This document shows positions 8,386-17,773 of a stretch of DNA of 43,878 bases, one piece after another. Position numbers and translations under genes: made by a program. Below the pieces are notes generated by a model. That model did not search any database. It saw nothing but the letters and a program-made list of their open reading frames with translations, and was not told the origin of the DNA. Every line of letters begins with the position of its first letter. Positions within the stretch are counted from its first letter, which is position 1. Source of the DNA: a virus (taxonomy: Duplodnaviria > Caudoviricetes); IMG/VR virus record IMGVR_UViG_3300048575_000062, positions 1-43,878 of that record; one strand, written 5' to 3'.

Positions 8386-9136
8386 TTATCGCTTTTATGC
8401 CACAATTCTAGATGCCTATTATGGTTATCTGAATAGTGACGTGATTTGGGAAAAGTACTGGGGGTGGTCTGAAAATCCACCCCATACCCCCGATGAGTTT
8501 CATGAATTACAGTTTAAGGAACTGATTGATCGGATAAATCGGAAACCCTTTGATAACGAGAAAGCTGATAGAGGTACTTGCTTTAACGAACTAATTGACG
8601 CTTTGATTGAGAACAGGAAACCGAAGGATGTTGATGTAGAGAGAACACCGGATGGTAAATGTTACCAAGCTGTTTACAATAACCGAACATTTATTTTCCC
8701 TATTTCTCTTTGCAAAGAGTTCTCAAATTACTTCAAAGGTGCACTCACTCAGCAAAGAGTAGAAGCGGTCTTACCAACTGCATTTGGTGATGTACTTGTT
8801 TATGGTTTTATTGATGAGCTAATGCCTGCTACAGTCCATGATATTAAAACAACGGGGAGTTACAGTGTAGGAAAATTTAAAGATCATTTTCAGCATTTGG
8901 TTTATCCTTATGCCCTTATGCAGAATGGGTCTGATGTACGGATTTTTGAGTACAATGTAGTTGAGTTTAATAAAGCTGGCTTTGCTGTTGATACATATAC
9001 TGAAACCTATGTCTTTAATCCCGAACGTGATATACCTATTCTCACACGGCATTGCGAAGAGTTTATTAAATTCTTGGAAGAAAACAGAGAACTAATCACT
9101 GATAAGAAAATCTTTAATTTACAAGACGATGAGTAG
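8372..9136 (+). CDS. PD-(D/E)XK exonuclease-like protein
   Basis: RGTCFN; GFIDEL...DIKTT...QHLVY; follows recombinase. Confidence 0.75.
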   Translation: MRQLNYRFYATILDAYYGYLNSDVIWEKYWGWSENPPHTPDEFHELQFKELIDRINRKPFDNEKADRGTCFNELIDALIENRKPKDVDVERTPDGKCYQAVYNNRTFIFPISLCKEFSNYFKGALTQQRVEAVLPTAFGDVLVYGFIDELMPATVHDIKTTGSYSVGKFKDHFQHLVYPYALMQNGSDVRIFEYNVVEFNKAGFAVDTYTETYVFNPERDIPILTRHCEEFIKFLEENRELITDKKIFNLQDDE

Positions 9137-9440
9137 TTTATATGGAAGTATCTGCCTGAGTGAAATACCACGCGAGCAGATGAAGAAAGTATTATGTAAA
9201 GATGGCAAGGAGCGCATCTTTTTAAATGTTTGGGTAGGGGAGAGAAAAGAGCCTGCTATATTCGGAAACAGCACCTATACGCACTATGTATCCTGTGCCC
9301 CAAAGAGAGAAGAAAGGGTAGAAGGCACCAACTATTTCTTAGGTGATTTACAAACCTATAATCCACAACCTAGTGCACCTACCATTGAACAGATAGCAAG
9401 TGCACCAAGTGTGTCACCGGAAGATGATTTGCCATTTTAA
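9129..9440 (+). CDS. SSB-like protein
   Basis: Acidic C-terminal tail EDDLPF; recombination module context. Confidence 0.6.
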   Translation: MSSLYGSICLSEIPREQMKKVLCKDGKERIFLNVWVGERKEPAIFGNSTYTHYVSCAPKREERVEGTNYFLGDLQTYNPQPSAPTIEQIASAPSVSPEDDLPF

Positions 9441-9460
9441 TAACTTAAAAAATAATCAAT

Positions 9461-9772
9461 ATGGACTTTTTAAAAACAATTGAAAATCAATCTGAAAGCC
9501 TTAAAAAGGAAGTCTCAGAAAAAGAAGATTTATCATTCCTCACAGTAGCTGACAATGGAGAGCGTATTTTGTGTGAAGGTGCTGGAAATCCCAATAAGAT
9601 AGCACGTTCGATATTAAGTGTGTTGAAACACGATAAGTCACTACAACGAGCATTTCAAGAAGAAATAGAAGCTGATAATGAGCGGAAGAGCGGAGTTAAA
9701 GTTGTGGTTGTCAAAGCTAGTAATACTGAAGATATAAAGAAAGCTATAGATGAGATTAAAAACAGTCTATGA
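9461..9772 (+). CDS. Hypothetical protein
   Basis: ORF coupled to next gene by ATGA overlap. Confidence 0.7.
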   Translation: MDFLKTIENQSESLKKEVSEKEDLSFLTVADNGERILCEGAGNPNKIARSILSVLKHDKSLQRAFQEEIEADNERKSGVKVVVVKASNTEDIKKAIDEIKNSL

Positions 9773-10206
9773 TTTTCGATCTGAGAAATGAATATCAGAT
9801 ACCCAAGTTCAAAGAGTATGTAAATAAGCTTTTTAGAGAGAAGGCGCTTGTAGAAGTTAAGAAGAAGTTACCAAACCGAACTTTAGCGCAAAACAGCTAT
9901 TTGCATTTACTTCTAGGGTATTTCGGTAGTGAATACGGTTGCAGTCTTGATGAAGTCAAAATCGACTTTTATAAAAGGACTTGCAACCGTGATTTATTTG
10001 AGAGAAAGATGATCAATAAGAAGGGTAAAGAAGTAACCTATTTAAGAAGTTCAGCAGAGCTGACAACAGGTGAAATGACTCTTTCTATTGACCGCTTCCG
10101 TAATTGGAGTGCAGCAGAAGCAGGTGTCTATTTACCCGCTGCGAACGAACATCAAATGTTAGTCTACGCCCAACAGGCAATTGAAGACAATAAAGAATTT
10201 ATTTAA
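9769..10206 (+). CDS. NinB-like recombination accessory protein
   Basis: RTLAQNSYLH...RSSAELTTGEM motifs. Confidence 0.65.
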   Translation: MIFDLRNEYQIPKFKEYVNKLFREKALVEVKKKLPNRTLAQNSYLHLLLGYFGSEYGCSLDEVKIDFYKRTCNRDLFERKMINKKGKEVTYLRSSAELTTGEMTLSIDRFRNWSAAEAGVYLPAANEHQMLVYAQQAIEDNKEFI

Positions 10207-10216
10207 TAATTAGCTT

Positions 10217-10648
10217 ATGGAAAAATTTTTAGGTCAAGAAATCTTGGAAAAAGATAGATGGCAATTTTTGCAAGACAATGCTGATTCTATAGAAGAAATT
10301 GGGTATACACATCGTTTTACCCCTGAAGAGTTAGCACAGAAAAAGGAATCTTTAGCCGAAACTTCTATTCAGATCAATGATATTGAGGTAGAGAAGAAAG
10401 AGGTGATGGATGGATATAAGGAACAGCTTAAACCCCTGAATGAGACAAAGCAGACTCTTCTTGAAAATATCAAGAAAGGTTCTGAATATGTAGACAATGA
10501 AGAGTGTGCTAAAATTCTCTATCCAGAGGAGAAAATGGCAGGCTTTTATAATAGGCTTGGCGAATTGGTGTATTCACGTCCAATCATGCCGCAGGAAATG
10601 CAGAAAACAATTTTTAGTATTAATCGTAAAACAGGAACAGAATCATGA
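10217..10648 (+). CDS. Hypothetical phage protein (coiled coil)
   Basis: Clean ORF in operon. Confidence 0.75.
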   Translation: MEKFLGQEILEKDRWQFLQDNADSIEEIGYTHRFTPEELAQKKESLAETSIQINDIEVEKKEVMDGYKEQLKPLNETKQTLLENIKKGSEYVDNEECAKILYPEEKMAGFYNRLGELVYSRPIMPQEMQKTIFSINRKTGTES

Positions 10649-11382
10649 GTGAGAACAAATTAAATGTAATTGTACCAAAAGACTATAATGTCGCACCTAT
10701 CGAAGTGATATTAAGAGAGGGTGAAGCCCCTGTAGCACTTGATCCGAAAGAACCCAATCCGGTTGATATTACCGGAACAATAGACAGCCCGTTACGATGG
10801 TTGGAAAAACGTGTTGATTTGATCGATCAGAAACAAGCTAATATTACTGTAGATCGTGATAATATGCAGATTAGTTTGGTTGACAAGGAAACGGACTTTT
10901 ATAATAATGGCGTACGTGGAGTGTTGCAATTATCTAAAGAGATGAATGAGTTCGGCATTAACACTGACAAGGTTTGGGATCCTATTAAACTTTCGAAATT
11001 CATTAAGATGCACAGAGCTTTTTTCACTGATAAAACAGAAAACATGCAGCTCGTTTCCATTTTGAAGAATTTCAAAGCAAAAGTCAATCAGGACATTGAG
11101 AGGAGTAAAGAAGAGAATGGGAGCAGGGTAGATAACTATTCGCAAGTTGTTGATTCTAACCTGCCAAAGTCTTTCAAACTGTTTATCCCGCTTTTTAAAG
11201 GATTTGCCTGTGAAGAGATAGAGGTCGAGATTTATGCAGATGTAGACGGACGTGATGTCTCTCTGTCTCTAGTCTCTGCCGGTGCTAATGAAGCGATTGA
11301 GGAATATAAAAACAGAGTCATTGATGAGCAGCTTGATGCTATCAGAGACATTGCTCCTGATATTGTAATTATTGAAGTATAA
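10645..11382 (+). CDS. Hypothetical phage protein
   Basis: 245-aa ORF with ATGA overlap. Confidence 0.8.
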   Translation: MSENKLNVIVPKDYNVAPIEVILREGEAPVALDPKEPNPVDITGTIDSPLRWLEKRVDLIDQKQANITVDRDNMQISLVDKETDFYNNGVRGVLQLSKEMNEFGINTDKVWDPIKLSKFIKMHRAFFTDKTENMQLVSILKNFKAKVNQDIERSKEENGSRVDNYSQVVDSNLPKSFKLFIPLFKGFACEEIEVEIYADVDGRDVSLSLVSAGANEAIEEYKNRVIDEQLDAIRDIAPDIVIIEV

Positions 11383-11408
11383 AGGAGGTGTTTCCATTGA
11401 ATTAGTTA

Positions 11409-11466
11409 GCAGTCCCGAAAACGAGAATTATAAAATGTAGAAGTATTACTTAGTATTCGGGACTGC
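11409..11466. repeat. Perfect 11-bp inverted repeat
   Basis: GCAGTCCCGAA (11409-11419) / TTCGGGACTGC (11456-11466). Confidence 0.8.
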
Positions 11467-11470
11467 AAAC

Positions 11471-11551
11471 GGGCGGTTATATTTTCGTTGGCTGAAATTA
11501 CGGTGAGGTGAGCAATATTCCGTGAGGCTGGTTCGACTCCGGCACCGTCCA
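11471..11551 (+). ncRNA. tRNA-like RNA with G3-U70 and no canonical anticodon loop
   Basis: Acceptor GGGCGGT/ACCGTCC-A; T-arm GCTGG-TTCGACT-CCGGC; ACGG/CCGT stem with 16-nt loop. Confidence 0.7.
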
Positions 11552-11568
11552 CACTATACAGATTTATT

Positions 11569-12033
11569 ATGCTATACAAGTACAAGAAGAAAAAAGAAAA
11601 ATCTTTGTCTGATAAGGCAGGGGTGAGAGTTAAGAAGAAGCCGGATTATAAGAAGAAGCTGGATGAAGTTTTTTCAAAATATATCCGGCTTAAATATGCA
11701 ATGCCGAACGGGATGTGCAAGTGTATAAGTTGTGGCTCTTTCAAGTATTGGAAGGAAATTCAAAACGGGCATTATATGTCAAGGCGGTATATGTCAACCC
11801 GTTTTGATGAAGATAACTGCCGACCGCAATGTGTGGCTTGCAATATATTCAATCAAGGTAATGCGCAGATGTATAGACGTGGGCTTATAGCCCAGATCGG
11901 AGAACAGCGGGTGGACTTAGTAGAATATAAAGCAAAGAACACTTCTAAACATTATACATATTTTGAGTATAAGGAATTATTTAAATACTATTCCGTTTTA
12001 GTGGATAAATTAAAAAATGAGAAAGGCTTATGA
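11569..12033 (+). CDS. ninG: NinG/Rap-family recombination endonuclease
   Basis: FSKYIRL..CKCISCG...GHYMSR...RFDEDNCRPQCVACN. Confidence 0.85.
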   Translation: MLYKYKKKKEKSLSDKAGVRVKKKPDYKKKLDEVFSKYIRLKYAMPNGMCKCISCGSFKYWKEIQNGHYMSRRYMSTRFDEDNCRPQCVACNIFNQGNAQMYRRGLIAQIGEQRVDLVEYKAKNTSKHYTYFEYKELFKYYSVLVDKLKNEKGL

Positions 12034-12620
12034 CTGAAGTTTGGAAAGATATACCTCGATTTGAAGGGCTATATCAAGTGTCTAACATAGGCTGTGTTAG
12101 AAGCGTTGAAAGAGTTGTCCCTTTTGGTTCTCAACAGAGAATTATAAAACCTTCTAATTTGCGTTTTTTCAAAAAGCATAATGGATATTTATCTGTAAAA
12201 ATATACAAAAATGGGAGACAATACACAATGTATGTTCACAGATTGGTAGCTATGGCTTTTTGTGATGGATATTTTTATAAAGCGGATGTGAATCATATAG
12301 ATGGGGATAAATCAAACAATATATCAAGTAATCTTGAATGGTGTACACGTTCGGAGAATCAGATACATTCTGTTAATGTTTTGCATAATAAATTGGGCAA
12401 TAGAAAAAGATGCAAGAAATGGAACTCTAAGCCTATTGTACAACTATCTCTTGATGGAAAGAAAATAAAAGATTGGAGTTCGGCTTTTGAAGTTCAAAGA
12501 GTTTTGGGGTTTAACGAGGCAAGTATAAGAAAGTGCCTCTATGGTGATAAGCATAAAGGTAGGAGAAGCTATCAATCTCATGGTTATAAATGGGTATATG
12601 CAGAAGATTACTATAAATAA
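12030..12620 (+). CDS. NUMOD4-HNH homing endonuclease 1
   Basis: EVWKDI..FEGLYQVSN; VHRLVA...VNHIDGDKSNN..NLEWCT. Confidence 0.92.
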   Translation: MTEVWKDIPRFEGLYQVSNIGCVRSVERVVPFGSQQRIIKPSNLRFFKKHNGYLSVKIYKNGRQYTMYVHRLVAMAFCDGYFYKADVNHIDGDKSNNISSNLEWCTRSENQIHSVNVLHNKLGNRKRCKKWNSKPIVQLSLDGKKIKDWSSAFEVQRVLGFNEASIRKCLYGDKHKGRRSYQSHGYKWVYAEDYYK

Positions 12621-12648
12621 GCCGAATGATAGAATATGTGTAATTGCA

Positions 12649-12708
12649 CAATTAATTAAATATTATATGGCTCTCAGCAAGAAAAAAAGGAAGGAGAAAG
12701 GCTTATGA
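12649..12708 (+). pseudogene. Relic alternative ninG 3' end
   Basis: QLIKYYMALSKKKRKEKGL* aligns without gaps to ELFKYYSVLVDKLKNEKGL* (11974-12033). Confidence 0.8.
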
Positions 12709-12863
12709 AAAGAAGGTATAGATGCTTAGACGGTAAGTTTCGTGAATATGAAGTAAAAGATTACGCCTGTAAAAAACGTAAGTGTTTTGTCCCTTTTGAG
12801 GGAAACGGGCAAAGGATTTGTCGATTATATGAACTTGGGATGTGCTCTGAAAATACAAAGTAA
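12705..12863 (+). CDS. 52-aa Cys-rich protein (not in ORF track)
   Basis: MKRRYRCLDG...CKKRKC...C...C; ATGA and TAATG overlaps at both ends. Confidence 0.6.
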   Translation: MKRRYRCLDGKFREYEVKDYACKKRKCFVPFEGNGQRICRLYELGMCSENTK

Positions 12864-12895
12864 TGTTTAAACTTCGAGATTATCAGCAGGCTGCC
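12863..12895 (+). pseudogene. Relic helicase 5' end
   Basis: MFKLRDYQQAA versus helicase start MEIILRDYQKAA. Confidence 0.8.
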
Positions 12896-12939
12896 CGCAC
12901 GACTTTAAAGGCTGCCTTTATTATCCACTTTTAAATCAA

Positions 12940-13551
12940 ATGATTATGGATGAAATTTGGAAAGACATTGAAGGGTATAAGGGCTTGTACCAAGTATCAA
13001 ATTTAGGTAGGGTAAAGTCTTTAGAAAGATACAGAAAAGGCAAACGTGGGGCATTAACATTTTGCAAAGAAAGAATACTGATAGATAGAGTTGGCAAAAA
13101 TGGTTATTCTCAAATATGCCTTTGTCGAAACAACATAAAGAAACTACTTCTTGTACACCGCTTGGTTGCGAAAGCTCACGTGCCAAATGAAAGCAAGTTG
13201 CCATGTGTTGACCATATAAATGGTATTCGCACTGATAATAAAGCAATTAATTTGCGATGGTGTACAACAAAAGAAAACTTGAATTTTGATTTAGCACGTA
13301 AAAACATATCGCAATCAAATAGGGCAAGCGAAAAGTGTAAAAAACATATAAAGTCATTGCATAAGTCTTGCTGTAAAGAAATAGTGATAGTATTTTCTGA
13401 TGGCTCTATAAAAGAGTACAAATCGGCAACTGATGCCGAAAAAGACGGATTTAATCATTCGCTTATAGCCGCCTGTTGTAGAGGCAAGCAAAAAACAACA
13501 CGTGGGTGTAAGTGCTATTATAAAACTGATTATTATGGAAATAATACTTAG
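12940..13551 (+). CDS. NUMOD4-HNH homing endonuclease 2
   Basis: EIWKDIEGYKGLYQVSNLGRVKS; VHRLVA...VDHINGIRTDN..NLRWCT. Confidence 0.92.
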   Translation: MIMDEIWKDIEGYKGLYQVSNLGRVKSLERYRKGKRGALTFCKERILIDRVGKNGYSQICLCRNNIKKLLLVHRLVAKAHVPNESKLPCVDHINGIRTDNKAINLRWCTTKENLNFDLARKNISQSNRASEKCKKHIKSLHKSCCKEIVIVFSDGSIKEYKSATDAEKDGFNHSLIAACCRGKQKTTRGCKCYYKTDYYGNNT

Positions 13552-14707
13552 GGATTATCAAAAGGCTGCCTCTGACAAAGCGGTAGCCTTTTTCAAAGAC
13601 AGGAATAAGAAAAGTAATAGTATTATGGTTTTGCCAACAGGGGCGGGCAAATCAATTGTAATAGCTGATATAGCACATAGATTAAACGACTATGTGCTTG
13701 TTTTTTGTCCGTCACGTGAAATTCTTGAGCAGAACTACAAAAAGCTATGTTCTTATGGAATACTAGACTGCTCTATTTATTCAGCTTCTTTTAACTCTAA
13801 GCAAATAAATAGAATAACGTTTGCCACGATAGGAAGCGTTAAAAGTAAACCTGACCTGTTTACTCATTTTGAAGCTATAATCATAGATGAATGCCATTTA
13901 GTCAACCCTAAAGATGGAATGTATAAAACATTCCTAGAAACAGTTACATGCAAGGTATTAGGGCTTACAGCCACTCCTTATCGTTTAAGTTCATCACAAG
14001 GATTTGGTTCAATGTTGAAGTTTATCACCCGCACCCGTCCGGCCATCTTCAAAGAGGTGATTTATCAGGTGCAAATATCTACCCTTTTGGATATGGGGTA
14101 TCTCTCAAAACTGAACTATTATCCGATGAATCCGATTGGATGGAACGAACTCAATTTAAAGGTGAATACTACCGGTGCCGATTATACGGACAAATCAGTA
14201 CAAAAAGAGTATGAACGAATAGACTTCTATAGCTATCTTGTTCATATTGTCCAGAGACTGATGAATCCTAAAACAGGAGGAAAACGGAAAGGCATATTGG
14301 TATTTACTCGGTTTCTGAAAGAAGCGGAGCGATTAACGTGGTCCATACCTGGTTGTGCTATCGTCTCAGGCGATACCCCTAAGGGTGAACGTGAAAGAAT
14401 TTTGGAGGCGTTCAAATCAGGTGAAATACAGGTAGTGGCGAATGTCGGTGTATTGGTTTGCGGATTCGATTACCCAGAGCTAGACACAATTGTTATTGCA
14501 CGTCCTACCATGTCATTAGCACTATATTACCAAATAGTAGGCAGAGCCATTAGGCCACATCCAGACAAGAAAGAAGGCTGGATAGTTGATTTGGCCGGAA
14601 ACATAAATAGATTTGGGAAAGTAGGAGATTTGAAGTTGGTAGATGGTGGTAATGGAAAATGGGCTGTTTACTCTAAGGGCAGACAGTTAACTAATATAAG
14701 ATTTTAA
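13535..14707 (+). CDS. SF2 DEAD/DEAH helicase (RadD/YejH-like)
   Basis: LRDYQ; PTGAGKS; DECH; TAT; QIVGRAIR. Confidence 0.92.
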   Translation: MEIILRDYQKAASDKAVAFFKDRNKKSNSIMVLPTGAGKSIVIADIAHRLNDYVLVFCPSREILEQNYKKLCSYGILDCSIYSASFNSKQINRITFATIGSVKSKPDLFTHFEAIIIDECHLVNPKDGMYKTFLETVTCKVLGLTATPYRLSSSQGFGSMLKFITRTRPAIFKEVIYQVQISTLLDMGYLSKLNYYPMNPIGWNELNLKVNTTGADYTDKSVQKEYERIDFYSYLVHIVQRLMNPKTGGKRKGILVFTRFLKEAERLTWSIPGCAIVSGDTPKGERERILEAFKSGEIQVVANVGVLVCGFDYPELDTIVIARPTMSLALYYQIVGRAIRPHPDKKEGWIVDLAGNINRFGKVGDLKLVDGGNGKWAVYSKGRQLTNIRF

Positions 14708-14855
14708 GATAAATGATTATAGCTGTTTGAATAAATGAAATTATGATTATGGATTATCAAAAACAAATAAAGATACTATACGGGAGAAGAAAAGCATTAA
14801 AAAAGCCATACTTTGATAATATACAGAAAGAAAATAATGAAAATCCTTTTTGATT

Positions 14856-15752
14856 ATGGCAAGACCAACGAAACAAGGTCTTGAATACTTTTCATTTGAT
14901 ACGGATTTTTTTTCAGATGTGAAAATTCGAAGAATATCAAGGGCATGTGGCCCAGCTTCGACTTCTATACTAATCTGCCTGCTGTGTAATATCTACAGAG
15001 ATAAGGGGTATTATATTTCGTGGGATGAGAATTTACCTTTTGTAGTGGCTGACACTGTTGGTACTACCGAGGGTGCTGTAGAAGAAGTGGTAAAGAAAGC
15101 TATACAGGTAGGATTCTTCGACAAAGAACTGTTTGATAAATACCAAATCCTTACTTCAAACGGTATTCAAAACCGATTTAAAAGTGCAGTTACAAGACGT
15201 CAGGAAATTGAATATGTAGTAGATTATTTAGTTTCTGAACGCAAAAATGAAGTTATTGCATACAAAAACGAAGTTATTGATGACAGAAGTACACAAAGTA
15301 AAGTAAAAGTAAAGAGAAAGAATAATATATCCCCCTCACCCCCTTTAAAAGGGGGATGTCGAATAAAAAAAAGCGATCCTAAGAAAATAAATTCTAAAGC
15401 TCGCTTTCTTTTTGAGGAACATTTTAAAAGTGTTTTTTCCGATACTTACTACTGGACGGCTAAAGATGCCGGTGCAATGTCTCAATTACTTAAGAAACTT
15501 ACATTCTCACGTGAGCAAAAGAACTTGCCCGTGGATGATGATTCTGTTTTGTACGCGCTTGAATACTTCCTTTCCCAAATCAAAGAGGGGTGGATATTTG
15601 AAAATTTCAGCGTAACTAATATCAATTCAAAGTTTAACGAAATCGTCTCGCAGGCTAAAAAGTCTCATTCTGCCAAGCCTGATGTCGGCATTGTCCTTAG
15701 AGACAATTCGGTTGACAAATATTCAAATGATGATGAAAAATGGAAACGATAA
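14856..15752 (+). CDS. DUF4373-type replication initiator
   Basis: MARP.K.GLEYFSFDTDFFSD.KI...LTSNGIQ; precedes loader. Confidence 0.85.
   Translation: MARPTKQGLEYFSFDTDFFSDVKIRRISRACGPASTSILICLLCNIYRDKGYYISWDENLPFVVADTVGTTEGAVEEVVKKAIQVGFFDKELFDKYQILTSNGIQNRFKSAVTRRQEIEYVVDYLVSERKNEVIAYKNEVIDDRSTQSKVKVKRKNNISPSPPLKGGCRIKKSDPKKINSKARFLFEEHFKSVFSDTYYWTAKDAGAMSQLLKKLTFSREQKNLPVDDDSVLYALEYFLSQIKEGWIFENFSVTNINSKFNEIVSQAKKSHSAKPDVGIVLRDNSVDKYSNDDEKWKR
15242..15279 (+). repeat. Putative origin iterons inside initiator gene
   Basis: CAAAAA(T/C)GAAGTTATTG twice at 21-bp period. Confidence 0.55.
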
Positions 15753-16321
15753 ATTTTCAGCAAACATTAGAAAATTTAAAGGATACAGGCTTTAACCCCG
15801 TACCCAATCTGGTGAATATCGGAGTTCCTGATGCAAAAAATAATCTTTGGCGTGGTATAAGCTATTTCTGCAAACAACCTGTATGGTTGTCTGAATACGA
15901 TCAAATAGTAGCATGGCTTACGTCAAATGATGGGCGAGGGTTATTCTGTTACGGAAACTGTGGACTTGGCAAAACGCTAATTTGTGGGAAAGTGATTCCT
16001 GTACTTCTCAATTACTATTGTCACAAGATAGTTTCATGTTATGACGCCCAGCAAATGAATGCTAATCTTGACACTGTTAAGTCAAGGCATATCATTTACA
16101 TTGATGACATTGGTACAGAAAACCTATCAGTGAAGTATGGAGAGAAAAGACTGGCTTTCTCTGAAATAGTGGATGAAGCGGAGAAGAGAGGTAAATTGCT
16201 TATTGCTACAACAAATCTTTCTTTAAACGAAATTAGTGAGAAGTATGGAGAACGTACTATGGATAGACTTGTAGCCATAACTAAGCGAGTTAATTTCATC
16301 GGTAAAAGTCTTCGAAAATGA
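15740..16321 (+). CDS. DnaC/IstB-like helicase loader ATPase
   Basis: GNCGLGKT; IDDIG; TTNL; YGERTMDRL. Confidence 0.88.
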   Translation: METINFQQTLENLKDTGFNPVPNLVNIGVPDAKNNLWRGISYFCKQPVWLSEYDQIVAWLTSNDGRGLFCYGNCGLGKTLICGKVIPVLLNYYCHKIVSCYDAQQMNANLDTVKSRHIIYIDDIGTENLSVKYGEKRLAFSEIVDEAEKRGKLLIATTNLSLNEISEKYGERTMDRLVAITKRVNFIGKSLRK

Positions 16322-16512
16322 GAGTTACTATTTATTGGGGAAGAGAAACACAACCAATCATCCGAAAGAAAATAAGAGAGAGATTCAATATCTCGGACTA
16401 CTTGTCTGTGAATGGTGAAACTCCAGCAGATATACGAGAGGAAGATCTTCCGCTACTGAGAGAAACAGAGAAAAGAGGGTTTATTCAAATAAGAAATAAG
16501 CCTGAGAAATAG
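16318..16512 (+). CDS. Hypothetical phage protein
   Basis: ATGA overlap. Confidence 0.7.
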   Translation: MRVTIYWGRETQPIIRKKIRERFNISDYLSVNGETPADIREEDLPLLRETEKRGFIQIRNKPEK

Positions 16513-16594
16513 TTGAAGTAAACCTTAAAACCAGCCACAATAAAACAGAATATAAATCTTATCCGGCAACGGATAGCATAAAAAGAAGATAGCT

Positions 16595-16867
16595 ATGAAA
16601 GCAGAAGAATTAATAACGAAGAATTTATTAGGTATGCAAAATCTACCTGATATGTTGAAACCGGACGGAACAGTTCAAAAAGTAGTGTTTGAAGAGATTG
16701 CATTAGCAGCCGTCAAAATGGCACGCATTGAAGCCACTGAGAAAGCAATCGAAGAGTTTACTCGTTTTGTAGATACGTATTGCAGGGAAGCCGGCCATCG
16801 TGAAATCTCTAAAGACGCTGAATATTATATCAAGGCATTCAAAAAACAATTAAAAGTGAAGCAATGA
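16595..16867 (+). CDS. Hypothetical phage protein
   Basis: Clean ORF. Confidence 0.65.
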   Translation: MKAEELITKNLLGMQNLPDMLKPDGTVQKVVFEEIALAAVKMARIEATEKAIEEFTRFVDTYCREAGHREISKDAEYYIKAFKKQLKVKQ

Positions 16868-17013
16868 AAGATATTATTTAGAGATGGAAGTATATGTTGG
16901 CGATTGGATGAATAAAAAAACGAAGTGAACTGCATGGTTATTGCTATGATTTGTGCTAATTCAAAAAAAAACAGTAATTTTGGACGGTGTATAATAGTAA
17001 AAATTATAAATAT

Positions 17014-17773
17014 ATGAAACGTTATTATTTTTACAGAAGTTTTATTTTCTCTAGTGATACTAGGAATTACTATTTGCGGATGTGACAATAAATCAAAAAA
17101 AACATCCGACGTTGACATTGCAGGCAACATGGGAATGTATGTTGCCACATTGCCTTGTGCTGACTGCCCTGGCATCTTTACCCACCTTACACTGAATGCC
17201 GACAGCACTGCTTATCTGACCACGTTGTATATGGATTCAGACAACACGTCTGAAACAATAGATGGTAGGTGGATCTTTACAGATAGCATCTTTACTATTA
17301 AGGCATCAAACGGTGAAGTTACAATGTACAAACTGTTATCTGAAAATCAACTGGTACAGGTAGGCGAAACTAAAGAAGTGAAGAAAGAGTATATTCTTAC
17401 CAAAGAAGCAGAGATGTTAGCCGATAGTTTTGTAGGAACTTACAGTTTCGGTTCAGACGAAAAAGGTGCTTACAGGCAAACACTCAAGATTGCCAAAGTA
17501 GACGACAGGCATGTAGAAGTTGCTATCACTAAAACAGGCGGCAAAGCCAAAGGGTGTGAATTCAAGGCGCAAGGTTATATCGTAAACAACCAGATCGAGG
17601 TCAACCTAAAAGATGTGAACCCTGATATGAAATCAGTAATGACCATTTGCCCGCTTAACAGTGGGGATGGCCTGAATGTCTTTACTTCTAAGTTTGATGA
17701 TCGTTACGATCTGATGTTTTTCTGTGGTGGCGGTGGTAGCTTGGCAGGAGACTATATTAAAGAGAACCACTAG
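17014..17773 (+). pseudogene. NlpE N-terminal-domain lipoprotein with frameshift in signal peptide
   Basis: LPCADCPGI motif; ATG 17014 is one base out of frame with lipobox ICGC; the body frame has TGA at 17015. Confidence 0.7.

Noticed and set aside
11471-11551. tmRNA
   Set aside because: Only 81 nt, with no tag reading frame or pseudoknots; kept as a tRNA mimic.
12030-13551. Group I introns housing the HNH genes
   Set aside because: Flanks are too short for a ribozyme core and host genes are complete without splicing.
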